The notes: generated from the letters alone by a model not told the origin. A DNA stretch of 64,000 bases from an uncultured Elusimicrobia bacterium (GCA_964482515.1 CAYZXT010000009.1:16251-80250), one strand, 5' to 3'; shown: positions 33,870-43,640, counted from the first letter of the stretch. Made by a program: numbers and translations.

Positions 33870-35024
33870 TTAATAGGCGAAGGCGATGCCGGCGCCGAGG
33901 TAGCGCACGTCGAGCTGGTAAAACTGTCCGTGTGGGTAATGGCCTTCGTAATATTCCAGCAGCACCTGGAAGGAGCGGGTTTCCTTGTAGGGACTGGTGA
34001 ACATCATCCCGGCCTTGACGCTGAAGTCCTGGTCCCAGCCCGTCTCTTCCCAGGATTGGACGCCGGCGCCGGCGATGAAACGGGCCCGCCGCCAGCCGGC
34101 CGGCGCTCCGCGGTATTCGATCCCGTATTGGTAGCGGTCTCGCCCGAGCGGCGTCTGCGACGAAACGATGCGCGACGGACCGCCGTAGGCGCGCAGGCCT
34201 TTCCAGTCGTAGGAGAGCAGGGTCTCCAGCTCCTCGTAGCTGATGTTGATCCGGGGCCCGACGGAGATGGGCTGGGGCAGGAGGAGGAATTCGTCCCCGA
34301 GGTGTGACGACTGGTGGAAGATCCGCGCGCGGGCGGACCATCCCCGGCGGCGGACGCTGAGCGGGAAGCCGACGATGTAGTCCGCGTTGAGCAGGTCCTT
34401 CGAGTAGGTGTGCATGTTGAAGATCGCGAAGACCGCGGCGCTGACGCCGAACTGCACGCCGTCCCCTTCGTGGCGGCGGCTGCGGAGACGGACCAGGCCG
34501 AAATTCTCGCCGAACCCCACCGCCGCGAAATTGAAGGAGCCGAAACCGGTGCGCAGCCGCTGCATCGTGGTGTGGAAGCGCGGCTGCTTCGGGTCGGCCA
34601 GGGGCGCGAGGAAAACGTCTCCGCGGGGAAAACCGATCCAGCGCTTTCCGGGACGCGCCTCGTTCCAGTCGGCCCAGGAGCTCCATCGGGAATATTTTTT
34701 CGGGTTGACGACAAGGAGGTCGACCACGTCTTCGACGCCGTCGAAGGATTCGATCTCCTTGGCGATCGCGCGGCCGACCTGCTCGGACTCCACGGTGCCC
34801 GTGAGAGTGACCGTGCCGTCGTCCGCCTTCACTTCGATCTGGCCCGGGGCGACGGCGCGGGAATGCCGCAGCCACGATTCGACGTACCCGCGGATGTAGC
34901 CGTCGGAATAATCGACGGATTTATTTTTTTGCGCGGCCGAAGATATGGACGGGAATGTCCCGCAGAGGAGCAAAGACAAAACGATGCTCGCCGAAACGAA
35001 AAGGATTGCTTTGATCCTGTTCAT
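33870..35024 (-). CDS. Secreted BON-domain protein with a C-terminal DUF1207-like beta-rich domain
   Basis: Signal peptide, then a BON-like GYVESWL...IEVKADDGTVTLTGTVESEQVGRAIAKEIESFDGVEDVVDLLVV. C-terminus ...GAGIAFAY. Confidence 0.5.
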   Translation of the reverse strand: MNRIKAILFVSASIVLSLLLCGTFPSISSAAQKNKSVDYSDGYIRGYVESWLRHSRAVAPGQIEVKADDGTVTLTGTVESEQVGRAIAKEIESFDGVEDVVDLLVVNPKKYSRWSSWADWNEARPGKRWIGFPRGDVFLAPLADPKQPRFHTTMQRLRTGFGSFNFAAVGFGENFGLVRLRSRRHEGDGVQFGVSAAVFAIFNMHTYSKDLLNADYIVGFPLSVRRRGWSARARIFHQSSHLGDEFLLLPQPISVGPRINISYEELETLLSYDWKGLRAYGGPSRIVSSQTPLGRDRYQYGIEYRGAPAGWRRARFIAGAGVQSWEETGWDQDFSVKAGMMFTSPYKETRSFQVLLEYYEGHYPHGQFYQLDVRYLGAGIAFAY

Positions 35025-35198
35025 GCGGATCCTCCGATGGAAATCCTAGCTTAATAAAAACCGCTTGGTCGAGGCGTTTTTAATTCCGCAAAATATTTCG
35101 CGCAAAAAATGATTGATGTGGAGTAAAATGTTTTTTTAATGATAAGATCATGTGAGAAGCGAATATTCTCAATGCCGAAAACCAAGGAGGCTCAGTTC

Positions 35199-35258
35199 AT
35201 GGCAAAAAAGAAAGCAAAATCGAAAAAGAAAAAGAAATCCGGAAAAAAACGTAAATAG
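35199..35258 (+). CDS. Candidate 19-aa lysine-rich micro-ORF (MAKKKAKSKKKKKSGKKRK)
   Basis: AAGGAGG (35184-35190) lies 8 nt upstream of the ATG. It is followed by a GC hairpin at 35268-35312. Not in the track (below 60 aa). Coding status is speculative. Confidence 0.25.
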   Translation: MAKKKAKSKKKKKSGKKRK

Positions 35259-35680
35259 CTATTTTCTTCTCCGTCGGGGACGGGCCGGAGCGGCGGCGTT
35301 CGTCGCTCCGCCCGTCCTTGGACGGAAGTTTTGATCCCGCCCCGTTCATTCTTCGCTCGATATAGTCCCGAACCGATTTCCATGAAATGATTTCCCCTTT
35401 CGCCTTTATGCCGGCGCGCCCGTCCCATTTTATCGGCGATGAGCCCGGTCGCGAATGACACCGAGGGGCGCCGTGAACCGGGACATCACTCAGGGTCGCT
35501 GGAAACGGCGGATGCGAGATGGGGAAAACCGCCGATCATGAAAGCCGTTCCGCCTCGGCGCGGAGTGGTTTTTTGACTTGGAACCAATCCGCTCCTCTCG
35601 CTGTTACCTATATAAGGACCACTTCAGATGGGGGAATTCAGCGGCCCTTTCCTGATATCTCAAAATAGAAGGAGAACACA

Positions 35681-36334
35681 ATGTCCCAAGCCTTGCAGAA
35701 TGCCTACGCCTCCTATAAAGTCCGGCAGGACCTTAAGCCGAAAGGGTTGGATGGATTGTCGGAAAAACTGATCGACCAGCATTGGAAACTCTATGAGGGG
35801 TACGTGACCAACACGAACCTTCTCAATAAATTGATATGGGATGCGGCGGACGCGAACGAGGAATTGAACAACGCGAAGCACGCCGAGATCCAAAGGCGCC
35901 TCGGGTTCGAATACAACGGGATGGTCCTGCATGAATATTATTTCGGCGCGCTGAAGAAAGGCGCCGGGGAGAGGCCCTCCTCTTCCGCGGCGTCGAAGTT
36001 CGCGGAGGATTTCGGCGGGTTCGACCGCTGGAAGAAGCAGTTCACCGAGATCGGCAAAATGAGGGGCGTGGGTTGGGCCGTCTTGAATTACGACCCGTCC
36101 CTGGGCCGGCTGAACAATTTCTGGATAACGGACCATGAGGTGGGAAACATCGCAGGGTTCGTTCCCATCCTGGTCATGGACGTGTGGGAACACGCCTACG
36201 TGCTGGATTACGGAGCGTCCGCCGCGCCGGGAGCGGGAAGGGCGGCGTATTTGGAGGCGTACTTCAGGAACATAGACTGGGAGACGGTCGCGGCCCGGCT
36301 CGAGGCCGCTCGCGCGCAAAAGCCGTCGCGATAG
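35681..36334 (+). CDS. Fe/Mn superoxide dismutase family protein (N-terminal His ligand apparently replaced)
   Basis: C-terminal GWAVLNYDP...VMDVWEHAYVLDYG is the SOD D/H ligand motif. The N-terminal LIDQHWKLYEGYV appears where IHHTKHHQTYV is expected. Confidence 0.65.
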   Translation: MSQALQNAYASYKVRQDLKPKGLDGLSEKLIDQHWKLYEGYVTNTNLLNKLIWDAADANEELNNAKHAEIQRRLGFEYNGMVLHEYYFGALKKGAGERPSSSAASKFAEDFGGFDRWKKQFTEIGKMRGVGWAVLNYDPSLGRLNNFWITDHEVGNIAGFVPILVMDVWEHAYVLDYGASAAPGAGRAAYLEAYFRNIDWETVAARLEAARAQKPSR

Positions 36335-36480
36335 AGATAGGGCCCCGCGCCGGCGGAAAGTTTCATCCAGGCCGTGGAATCCCTGGACCCCGCGAAGGAT
36401 TCGGCGATCGCCAGATGAAGGTTCTCCCGCCCGGCGCGTCGTTCCGCGAGGGATGTCCGCCAATAAGTTAAAATAACCGC

Positions 36481-37581
36481 ATGGATCCCAATCCCGCCGG
36501 ATCGAAGTGGAAAATCATCCAGCTGCTGCGCCGCTATCACAACGTCGCGCTGTTCCTCGGCGGGTTCATCTTCGACGCCGTGACGATCGTGCGCATCGAC
36601 TCCTGGCTGGACATCATGCTGCAGTTCGTGTATCTGCTGGCCTTGACGATAATCCTCGTCCTTCAATACCGTGAAAGCAAAGACGCCTGGCGTCCCAAGC
36701 GCTTCTTCTCGCGGATCTGGCGGTACAACGTCGAGGTACTGCATTTTCTGTACGGCGGTTTGCTGAGCGCCTACACGATCCTCTACTTCAAGAGCAGTTC
36801 CGGCTCTCGCCCCATCGTCTTCTTCCTGCTGATCGTCATCCTGCTCATCGTCAACGAAATGCCCCAGATCCGGAAATACGGCCACCGGCTGCGGCTGGGG
36901 CTTTACGCCTTTTGCCTGGCCTCTTACATGATCTACCTGGTGCCGATCCTGGTCGGCAGCATGGGCCCCTTCGTTTTTGTTTTGTCCCTGGCCCTGGCGG
37001 GGATCATGGTCTGGATCGTGGCCGGGATCCTGGCGCGGGGAACGGAAGACGCCCATCAAACGCGGGGACGGCTCTTCGCGCCCGCCGGCGCGGTCCTGGT
37101 CCTCATCGCCTTGTTTTACATGTTCCGGTTGATTCCGCCCGTGCCCCTCTCCGTCCAGTTCGCCGGGATTTACCACGCGGTGGAAAAGTCGCCGGAAGGA
37201 TACGTGCTTAAGACGCCCCGTCCGCCCTGGTACCGGTTCTGGCGGAAGCAGTCGCGGCCGTTCCTGGCGAGGCCGGGGGATTCGATCATGTACTTCGTGA
37301 GGATCTACGCGCCCTCGCGCTTCCGCCACAACGTGCGGATCCGCTGGCTGTACCGGCAGAACGGGAAGTACGTCACGAGCGACGTCATGCCGCTGTCCGT
37401 CATCGGAGGGCGGATGGCGGGCTTTCGCGGCTACGCGGGCAAGGCGAATTACAGTCCGGGGAAATGGCGCGTGGTGGCCGAAACCGACGACGGCCGCGCC
37501 ATCGGTTCGGTGTCGTTCCTGGTGGAGCCGGACGGGAGCGTCCACGAGAGGGAGTGGCTCGTCCTTCGGGACAGGAGCTGA
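36481..37581 (+). CDS. Polytopic membrane protein with a C-terminal soluble domain (DUF2914-like)
   Basis: 6-7 TM helices, then RFRHNVRIRWLYRQNGKYVTSDVM.... Confidence 0.45.
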   Translation: MDPNPAGSKWKIIQLLRRYHNVALFLGGFIFDAVTIVRIDSWLDIMLQFVYLLALTIILVLQYRESKDAWRPKRFFSRIWRYNVEVLHFLYGGLLSAYTILYFKSSSGSRPIVFFLLIVILLIVNEMPQIRKYGHRLRLGLYAFCLASYMIYLVPILVGSMGPFVFVLSLALAGIMVWIVAGILARGTEDAHQTRGRLFAPAGAVLVLIALFYMFRLIPPVPLSVQFAGIYHAVEKSPEGYVLKTPRPPWYRFWRKQSRPFLARPGDSIMYFVRIYAPSRFRHNVRIRWLYRQNGKYVTSDVMPLSVIGGRMAGFRGYAGKANYSPGKWRVVAETDDGRAIGSVSFLVEPDGSVHEREWLVLRDRS

Positions 37582-37755
37582 TTATTTTATTTCGAAGGTG
37601 ACGTAGGCCCAGCGAAAGGCGAGGACGGCGAGGCCGAGCATGAAGGCCGCCAGTAGGACCGAGAGGAAAGACATCCAGGCGCGGCAGCGGGAGCAGTAGG
37701 GCAGGGACAATTCCTGCCAGAGCCACATCCCCGCGTGGAACGGCCCCAGCGCCAT
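37582..37755 (-). CDS. Candidate 57-aa membrane peptide (MALGPFHAGMWLWQELSLPYCSRCRAWMSFLSVLLAAFMLGLAVLAFRWAYVTFEIK)
   Basis: Reverse-strand ORF found manually. It has strong GC3 bias and one TM segment, and abuts the stop of the convergent gene. Not in the track (below 60 aa). Confidence 0.25.
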   Translation of the reverse strand: MALGPFHAGMWLWQELSLPYCSRCRAWMSFLSVLLAAFMLGLAVLAFRWAYVTFEIK

Positions 37756-37786
37756 GGCGCCGGGAAGTTTAATAAAAACAGGGACC

Positions 37787-37813
37787 CTGCGATCCTCGCC
37801 TGCGGCGAGGATT
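37787..37813. terminator. Hairpin plus T-run terminator
   Basis: CCTCGCCtgcgGCGAGGattttttt. Confidence 0.45.
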
Positions 37814-37859
37814 TTTTTACAGCGTCCGCATATGTTTATGGCATGGGCCTCGGTCGTTG

Positions 37860-38219
37860 TCAGGCCTCGACGATGGTGGAAAATCCGCCGTAGGTCATGC
37901 GGTTCACGTCGAAGGGCATTTCCTTCATGTCCCCCATTTTCTCCATCTCCTTCATCACTTTGGCGTTGACGCGGTCGCGGTGTGCCCGCGATTTGTAAAC
38001 GATGTAGGCGAAGATCACGGTTTCACCGGGCTTGGCCTTCGCCAGGCGGGGGAACGGAAGACCGCACCCCGGCTGCACCCTAAAGTCTTCGCCGACGCAC
38101 TCCTTGTAATCCAGCGCGCCGTGTTTCATCCACGCTTTTTTACCAAACTCTGCCATGCGCTTGTAGGCTTTCAGGTTTTTCCTGGGAATGGGAATGACGA
38201 ATCCATCGACGTATGACAT
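37860..38219 (-). CDS. DUF1428-family protein
   Basis: MSYVDGFVIPIPRKNLKAYKRMAEFGKKAWMKHGALDYKECVGED.... Confidence 0.55.
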   Translation of the reverse strand: MSYVDGFVIPIPRKNLKAYKRMAEFGKKAWMKHGALDYKECVGEDFRVQPGCGLPFPRLAKAKPGETVIFAYIVYKSRAHRDRVNAKVMKEMEKMGDMKEMPFDVNRMTYGGFSTIVEA

Positions 38220-38255
38220 GGGAATCCCTCCGATCAGTTAATTGAGGCCAATTCT

Positions 38256-38663
38256 CTAATTGGTTGCTTTCTTCCGCCGCATCAACGCGTCGAGGCTCCA
38301 GGCGCCGCCGCCGTGGGCCGCGTAGAGGAGGAATATGAAGCAGAACAGGACCGCCGGTTCGCCCTGGTTCTGGATCGGCCAGAAGCCGCTGGGCTGGTGG
38401 AACTGGAAATAGGCGACGGCCATTTCGCCGGAGATGATGAAGGCGACGGGCCGCGTGAAGAGCCCGAGAAGCAACATTGCGCCGCCGACCAGCTCCAACA
38501 GTCCGCCGATCCCCATCTGGGACATCAGCGCGGGCTTTCCCCCGAACTGCGCGGGGACGCCGCCGAACCAGTTGAGGACCTTCATGCCGCCCGCCTGCAT
38601 GAACAAAAGCCCGGAAACGAAGCGCAGCAGGAAGAACGTGATTTTATTCGCTTTTTCCATCAT
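38256..38663 (-). CDS. DoxX-family membrane protein
   Basis: FFLLRFVSGLLFMQAGGMKV...GGLLELVGGAMLLLGLFTRP. Confidence 0.7.
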   Translation of the reverse strand: MMEKANKITFFLLRFVSGLLFMQAGGMKVLNWFGGVPAQFGGKPALMSQMGIGGLLELVGGAMLLLGLFTRPVAFIISGEMAVAYFQFHQPSGFWPIQNQGEPAVLFCFIFLLYAAHGGGAWSLDALMRRKKATN

Positions 38664-38719
38664 GATTGACTTCTCCTTGTGGGGATGGTATTTACCGCCG
38701 TTCGTGGGAACGCTGCGGC

Positions 38720-39262
38720 TTACGACCGCTCTGCGCCGGATTCCACCAGCGTTTTCATCTGGGCCAGGCCCTTATCGAAATCGCCGCCGACCATCTTGTC
38801 CATGTCCATGACCAGGTGGACGGCCTTCGCCATGAAGTTGTTTTTTCCGGACATGGCCCAGGTCACGACGGTTTGGTTGCCCTCGGGGACGAAGGTGAAT
38901 TCCGTTTCGTTGCTGGCGGAGAAGGGCTTCAGAAATACGAGCCGGATGCGGACGAGCTCGGGCGCGCGGCTTTCCGTGATCGTCATGCTCCCTTCTCCGA
39001 CCTTTTTGTTGCCGGCCCAGGCGTAGGACGCGCCCACGCCGGACTCCGGGCCGGTGAAGGTTTTCTTCATGCCCGGGTCCAGCTTCTCCCAGGGCGACCA
39101 GCCGGCCCAATTCCGAAAATCGTTCACTTGTTCGAACACCGCTTCCGGCGGGGCGGATATCGTCGTGGCGCGCGCGACCCGGAACTCGTCGGGCTGCAGC
39201 CTTACGATTATGGTGATGATGGCGGCGATCACCAGGAGGGCGATCACTATTTTTTTAAACAT
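38720..39262 (-). CDS. SRPBCC (polyketide cyclase/START-like) protein with an N-terminal TM anchor
   Basis: Start taken at the ATG at 39262 (MFKKIVIALLVIAAIITIIV) with GGAGG upstream. APPEAVFEQVNDFRNWAGWSPW.... The 337-aa track ORF is over-extended. Confidence 0.55.
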   Translation of the reverse strand: MFKKIVIALLVIAAIITIIVRLQPDEFRVARATTISAPPEAVFEQVNDFRNWAGWSPWEKLDPGMKKTFTGPESGVGASYAWAGNKKVGEGSMTITESRAPELVRIRLVFLKPFSASNETEFTFVPEGNQTVVTWAMSGKNNFMAKAVHLVMDMDKMVGGDFDKGLAQMKTLVESGAERS

Positions 39263-39392
39263 GGAGCCTCCATATTTTATGGATGAGATTTTTGCGCAAA
39301 TTATCAGCCCGGACCCATTGACGTGGCCAACCTCGACTATGATACTCAAGAATTGCGGGGGGCCGAAAGAGGGAATTAGGTAGAATGCTGCC

Positions 39393-40253
39393 ATGCCTTC
39401 GTTTCCGGGAATGAGATATGTTTTTCGATGGACGCTTTTAGGCGCATTGGTCGTTTTTGCGGCGGCCGGTTTGGCCGGAGGCGGAGAGCTGAGCGTGGCG
39501 TTCATCGATTGCGGCCGCGGCGACGCGATCCTCATCCGGACGCCGGCGGGGGAGAATGTTTTGCTGGATGCCGGCCCGTCTCCCCAACAGGCCCGCCGCG
39601 AGGGCCGTCCCGGGGCGGTGCGGAAGTATCTCCGCAAAGCGGGCGTCAGGCGTTTGGACGCGGCCATCCTTTCGCACGGACACCCCGACCACGCCGGCGG
39701 ATTTTCCTCCGTCATCCGGTCCTTTCCCGTCAAAAACTTCTACGAGTCCGGGCGCGCGGACGTTTCTCCCGAGTATCGAGGCCTTCAGCGTACTCTGCGG
39801 CGAAAAGAGATCCGGCGCGTCCTGGTCAAAGCGGGCGACGTCGTCAATTTGGACACATCCGTCGACATCCAGGTGCTTTGGCCGGACGAGACGCCTCCGG
39901 GCGGCGACCTGAACGACAATTCCCTCGTGATCAGGCTGACCTACGGGGAGACGTCCGTCCTTTTTCCGGGGGACGTGGGCGCTGGAGCGGAGGAAGCGTT
40001 GGTCCGGCGGTACGGCGAATCTTTGGAAAGCGGGGTCCTGAAAGTCCCCCATCACGGGCTGGGTTCCTCCGCCTCGGCCGGTTTCCTCCTGAGCGTCAAA
40101 CCGGAAATCGCGGTCATCTGCATCGGCGGCGGAGTCCAGCCGGACGCGGCGATTCTGGAACGTTTGAGTGAATCCGGCGCGCGGGTTTATCGGACGGACC
40201 AGGCAGGGACGGTCCGGGTCGTCTCCGACGGAAAAACTTGGGAGGTCCGGTGA
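39393..40253 (+). CDS. MBL-fold metallo-hydrolase, ComEC C-terminal-domain-like, secreted
   Basis: FIDCGRGDAILIRTP...LLDAG...LSHGHPDHAGG...VPHHG. Confidence 0.7.
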   Translation: MPSFPGMRYVFRWTLLGALVVFAAAGLAGGGELSVAFIDCGRGDAILIRTPAGENVLLDAGPSPQQARREGRPGAVRKYLRKAGVRRLDAAILSHGHPDHAGGFSSVIRSFPVKNFYESGRADVSPEYRGLQRTLRRKEIRRVLVKAGDVVNLDTSVDIQVLWPDETPPGGDLNDNSLVIRLTYGETSVLFPGDVGAGAEEALVRRYGESLESGVLKVPHHGLGSSASAGFLLSVKPEIAVICIGGGVQPDAAILERLSESGARVYRTDQAGTVRVVSDGKTWEVR

Positions 40254-40777
40254 CGCCGGAGCGCCGTTCGCTTTTTTTCGCCTGGGCGGCGGCCGGTTAC
40301 CTCGCCCTGATTTATTCGACGCTGGGCGCGATGCGGGATATTCAGCTGGTTTTTCAGAAAACGGCCGGCGCGCTGGCGTCTTCGATCATCAACGCCGCGA
40401 TCCTTTTGTGCGGAGGGATCCTGTTGTGGGGGCGGCGCGTGGTTCTCCGGTCTCAACGGCGGTGGATCTGGGCGCTGCTGGTGGGGGCGGGTTATATCGC
40501 CGCGTCGCGATGGCTCCCCGTTTCGGAGGAGAAGTTTCACTTGGTCCAGTACGGTTTTTTGTCGTTCCTCGTCACGGAGTCCCTTCGGGGACGCGCCGCG
40601 CCCTGGGCCCGGCACGCGATGTCCTTTGCGATCGTATGCCTCGCCGGGACCCTGGACGAAGCTATCCAGTATTTCCTTCCGAACCGCGTCGGCGACGTCC
40701 GCGATGTGATCATTAATTTCGTGTCCGCCGGGCTGGCCCAGGGGGCCCTGGCGATTTTGGATTCCGATAAAAAATAA
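40250..40777 (+). CDS. VanZ-family membrane protein
   Basis: GTG start overlapping the upstream TGA. ...GTLDEAIQYFLPNRVGDVRDVIINFVSAGLAQG. Confidence 0.5.
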   Translation: MTPERRSLFFAWAAAGYLALIYSTLGAMRDIQLVFQKTAGALASSIINAAILLCGGILLWGRRVVLRSQRRWIWALLVGAGYIAASRWLPVSEEKFHLVQYGFLSFLVTESLRGRAAPWARHAMSFAIVCLAGTLDEAIQYFLPNRVGDVRDVIINFVSAGLAQGALAILDSDKK

Positions 40778-40872
40778 TTTAGCGACACGGTTTTACCGAC
40801 GGAAAACAGGGTATAATACCTGTTCTTTGTGCAGAATAAATCCGATGTAACGGGAATCCTCAAAGAGGCGTC

Positions 40873-41940
40873 ATGCTAATGAAGGCGGATCAAACCAATC
40901 CTTCCGTTGACCTTGAGTGGGAACAGGCCATAGAAAACTGTTCCTACGCGACATTTTTCCATACCCGCGCCTGGGCGCGCATTTTGGTGGCTGGTTTCGG
41001 CCGGTTGTTCCACCCCTCGCCGAAAATCATTCCGCTGGGGCAGGGGAAGCGCGGCATTCTTCCGTTGATGGAGACCGAGTATCAAGGGAAAGGTTTTTTC
41101 CGGGCTCTTCACGCCGGCGCCCTGGGTGTGTATGGCGGACCCCTTTTGCCTGACGGCGGTGCTCCGAGGGTCGTAAAAGAAATACTCTCCGGGTTACATT
41201 CCGCACAAACGTCAAACGTGTTTATTTTTGGAAACCCATACGCGCCCAGTGAATTTCAAAATCTCTGGGAAGATCCGCGCCGAGTTGTCCAATTCACGCA
41301 GATTGTCGATTTTCAAGGCATGCGAGACGAAAATGACCTCTTTTCCATCTATTCCAAGAGCGTGAGGAAGAGGATCCGGGCGGTTCCTGAGACCCGCTAC
41401 GTGGTGCGCCCGGCGGCGTCAATCGAAGACGTGCGCTCCGTGGAACGAATATATCGAGAGAGGTTGGCTCAATGGGGCGATCGCGCCACGAATTCTCATC
41501 CACTCAGCCTATTCGAAGCTATTTATAATTTGGGCGGGGAAGCCGCCAGGATTTGGATCGTTGAGAGCGGCGGTGAAATCGTGGCCGGCAATGTCAATTT
41601 TTATTTCCGAAACACCTGCGTCGATTGGCTTCATATTTGCAATAAAGATCACCTCCCGATGGGCTTAAGTCATTATTTTACCCATTGGTTGGTCCGGGAC
41701 GCCTGGTCCCGCGGTTATTCTGTTTATGATTTCAATCCCAGCGGTGGCCATGAGGGCGTGGTTGCTTTCAAGCGCAGCTTCGGTGCTGTTGAAAAACCGT
41801 TCAGCGGATATTCGTGGGGGGGAAGTTACTTGTACCAAATGTTTAATAAGATGTCGTTTCTGCGGACTCGCTACCTGGCCTCGGCGATTCCCTACGTCGG
41901 TGAAGATTTAGGGGTCTTTCAGTTGCTCACAATGGGATAA
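40873..41940 (+). CDS. FemAB-like / GNAT-fold acyltransferase (Acetyltransf_6-type)
   Basis: 355 aa. The C-terminal GGEIVAGNVNFYFRNTCVDWLHICNKDHLPMGLSHYFTHWLVRDAWSRGYSVYDFNPSG matches the FemX/BioF2-like pattern. Confidence 0.5.
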   Translation: MLMKADQTNPSVDLEWEQAIENCSYATFFHTRAWARILVAGFGRLFHPSPKIIPLGQGKRGILPLMETEYQGKGFFRALHAGALGVYGGPLLPDGGAPRVVKEILSGLHSAQTSNVFIFGNPYAPSEFQNLWEDPRRVVQFTQIVDFQGMRDENDLFSIYSKSVRKRIRAVPETRYVVRPAASIEDVRSVERIYRERLAQWGDRATNSHPLSLFEAIYNLGGEAARIWIVESGGEIVAGNVNFYFRNTCVDWLHICNKDHLPMGLSHYFTHWLVRDAWSRGYSVYDFNPSGGHEGVVAFKRSFGAVEKPFSGYSWGGSYLYQMFNKMSFLRTRYLASAIPYVGEDLGVFQLLTMG

Positions 41941-41959
41941 AAGATTCAAGCGACCGTAA

Positions 41960-42000
41960 AACAAAAGGCGTCCCCCGCGAGGAGGACGCCTTTTGTTTTA
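41960..42000. terminator. Bidirectional rho-independent terminator
   Basis: aaacaaaaGGCGTCCcccgcgaggaGGACGCCttttgtttt. Confidence 0.65.
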
Positions 42001-42011
42001 ATACGCTTGTG

Positions 42012-42521
42012 TTAAGCCGGCTGTTTGAGCGCGTTCAGTGCGGCGTCGTAGTTGGGCTCCTGGGTGATTTCCGGGACCTGTTCGGTGTAGACGACTTTGC
42101 CGCTCTCGTTGAGTATGACCACGGCACGGGACAGGAGCCCCGCCATGGGGCCGTCGGCGATGCGCGCGCCGTAGGCCGTTCCAAAGGAAGAATCGCGCAG
42201 CTCGGACGTCGTGATCACGTTGTTAATGCCTTCGGCGCCGCAGAACCGCTTCAGCGCGAAGGGAAGGTCGCGGGAGACCCCGAGGATGACGGTGTTGTTC
42301 AGCTTCGCGGCCTCCTGGTTGAACTTGCGCACGGACGCGGCGCAGACGCCGGTGTCGATGCTGGGGAATATGTTCAGGATGACCTTCTTGCCGGCGAAGT
42401 CCTTCAAGCTGACGTCGGACAGGTCGGCCTTGGTGAGTCTAAAGTCGGGCGCCGCGGATCCGGTCGCGGGAAGGTTCCCGGCGGTGTTGATCATGTTTCC
42501 TTTGAGTTTGATCTGGGCCAT
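42012..42521 (-). CDS. tpx: Thiol peroxidase Tpx (atypical 2-Cys peroxiredoxin)
   Basis: [45 protein letters not shown]...[15 protein letters not shown]. Confidence 0.85.
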   Translation of the reverse strand: MAQIKLKGNMINTAGNLPATGSAAPDFRLTKADLSDVSLKDFAGKKVILNIFPSIDTGVCAASVRKFNQEAAKLNNTVILGVSRDLPFALKRFCGAEGINNVITTSELRDSSFGTAYGARIADGPMAGLLSRAVVILNESGKVVYTEQVPEITQEPNYDAALNALKQPA

Positions 42522-42616
42522 ATTTTCTCCTTGGGGATGAGGTAACTTTACCTGAATTATATACTTTGCGGACCGGCGGCGTAAGCGGCTTTGGAAAGTG
42601 TTTTTTTATATATGAT

Positions 42617-43171
42617 ATGCCCATGGACGTACTAATATTTTCTTCGGAAAGCGGCATGCGGACGCTGGGCGTCTTGCCGCTGCTTTTTTTTGCGGCCATG
42701 GTATGGACCCATTGGCGAAAGGGAAAGATCTCGGAGTGTCTGTGGATGTGCCACGTCTCGAACCTCCTCCTGGCCGCGGGGATGCTGTTCGATCAGCCGG
42801 TTTTGATCCAGGCGGCCACGCCGTGGCTCATCCTGGGCGTCCCTCTCTGGATTTTGGACATGCTCTTTTCCCGCTCCCTGATCCCCGCTTCGGTCGTGTC
42901 CCACGCCGGCGGGACGGCGGTGGGCCTGTTCGCCCTCAGCCACGCCGGCGCCCGTCCTTCCATGTGGCTGTCCTCTTTTGTTTTTTATCTCGCCATGCAG
43001 CTTGTTTCCCGCTGGCTGACCCCGCACCACCTCAACGTCAATCTCTCGCAGCGGACCTATGATGAAGTCCGGGGATATTTCCCGAATTACGGCGTTTTTT
43101 GGGTTTCCGCCACCGGCCTGACGGCGGTCGTCCTTTGGGGCCTTTCCTATGTATTGAACCGTTGTTTCTGA
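42617..43171 (+). CDS. Hypothetical polytopic membrane protein
   Basis: Start MPMDVLIF chosen over the track's 42566. 5-6 TM helices. Confidence 0.4.
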   Translation: MPMDVLIFSSESGMRTLGVLPLLFFAAMVWTHWRKGKISECLWMCHVSNLLLAAGMLFDQPVLIQAATPWLILGVPLWILDMLFSRSLIPASVVSHAGGTAVGLFALSHAGARPSMWLSSFVFYLAMQLVSRWLTPHHLNVNLSQRTYDEVRGYFPNYGVFWVSATGLTAVVLWGLSYVLNRCF

Positions 43172-43184
43172 TGGGGAAAGTTCG

Positions 43185-43640
43185 GTGACCCGGAACCCCT
43201 ATAAACGCGACCCCGGCGAGACGCCCTATACCCCGCCGGGCGGGCTCCCCTCCGTGACCCCGCCTTCCGCCGACATCTACGCGGCCATGGGGGAGGACAA
43301 CATCTTCCGCTTGTGCGAGGATTTCTATTCCGCCCTCGAAAAGACCGAGATCCGCCCCATGTTCCCGGAGGACATGAAGGAAGCGTCGAAGAGGCTGGCG
43401 GCGTTCCTGGTTTTCCGTTTGGGCGGGCCGCCCCTCTACCAACAACGCCACGGCCAGCCCATGCTCCGGGGGCGGCACATGCCCTTCCGGATAGATGAAA
43501 AATCCCGCCTGATCTGGCTGACGGCTTTTCGGGAGATATTGGTCGTCGCACAGGAAAAATATAAATTCCCCAAGGAACACCTGCCCGGATTCCTGGATTT
43601 CCTGGAGAAATTTTCCTTCTGGATGGTGAACGCCGCCTAG
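43185..43640 (+). CDS. Bacterial truncated-hemoglobin-like globin (Bac_globin family)
   Basis: IYAAMGEDNIFRLCEDFYSALEKTEIRPMFPEDM...RLAAFLVFRLGGPPLYQQRHGQPMLRGRHMPFRIDEKSRLIWLTAF. Confidence 0.5.
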   Translation: MTRNPYKRDPGETPYTPPGGLPSVTPPSADIYAAMGEDNIFRLCEDFYSALEKTEIRPMFPEDMKEASKRLAAFLVFRLGGPPLYQQRHGQPMLRGRHMPFRIDEKSRLIWLTAFREILVVAQEKYKFPKEHLPGFLDFLEKFSFWMVNAA

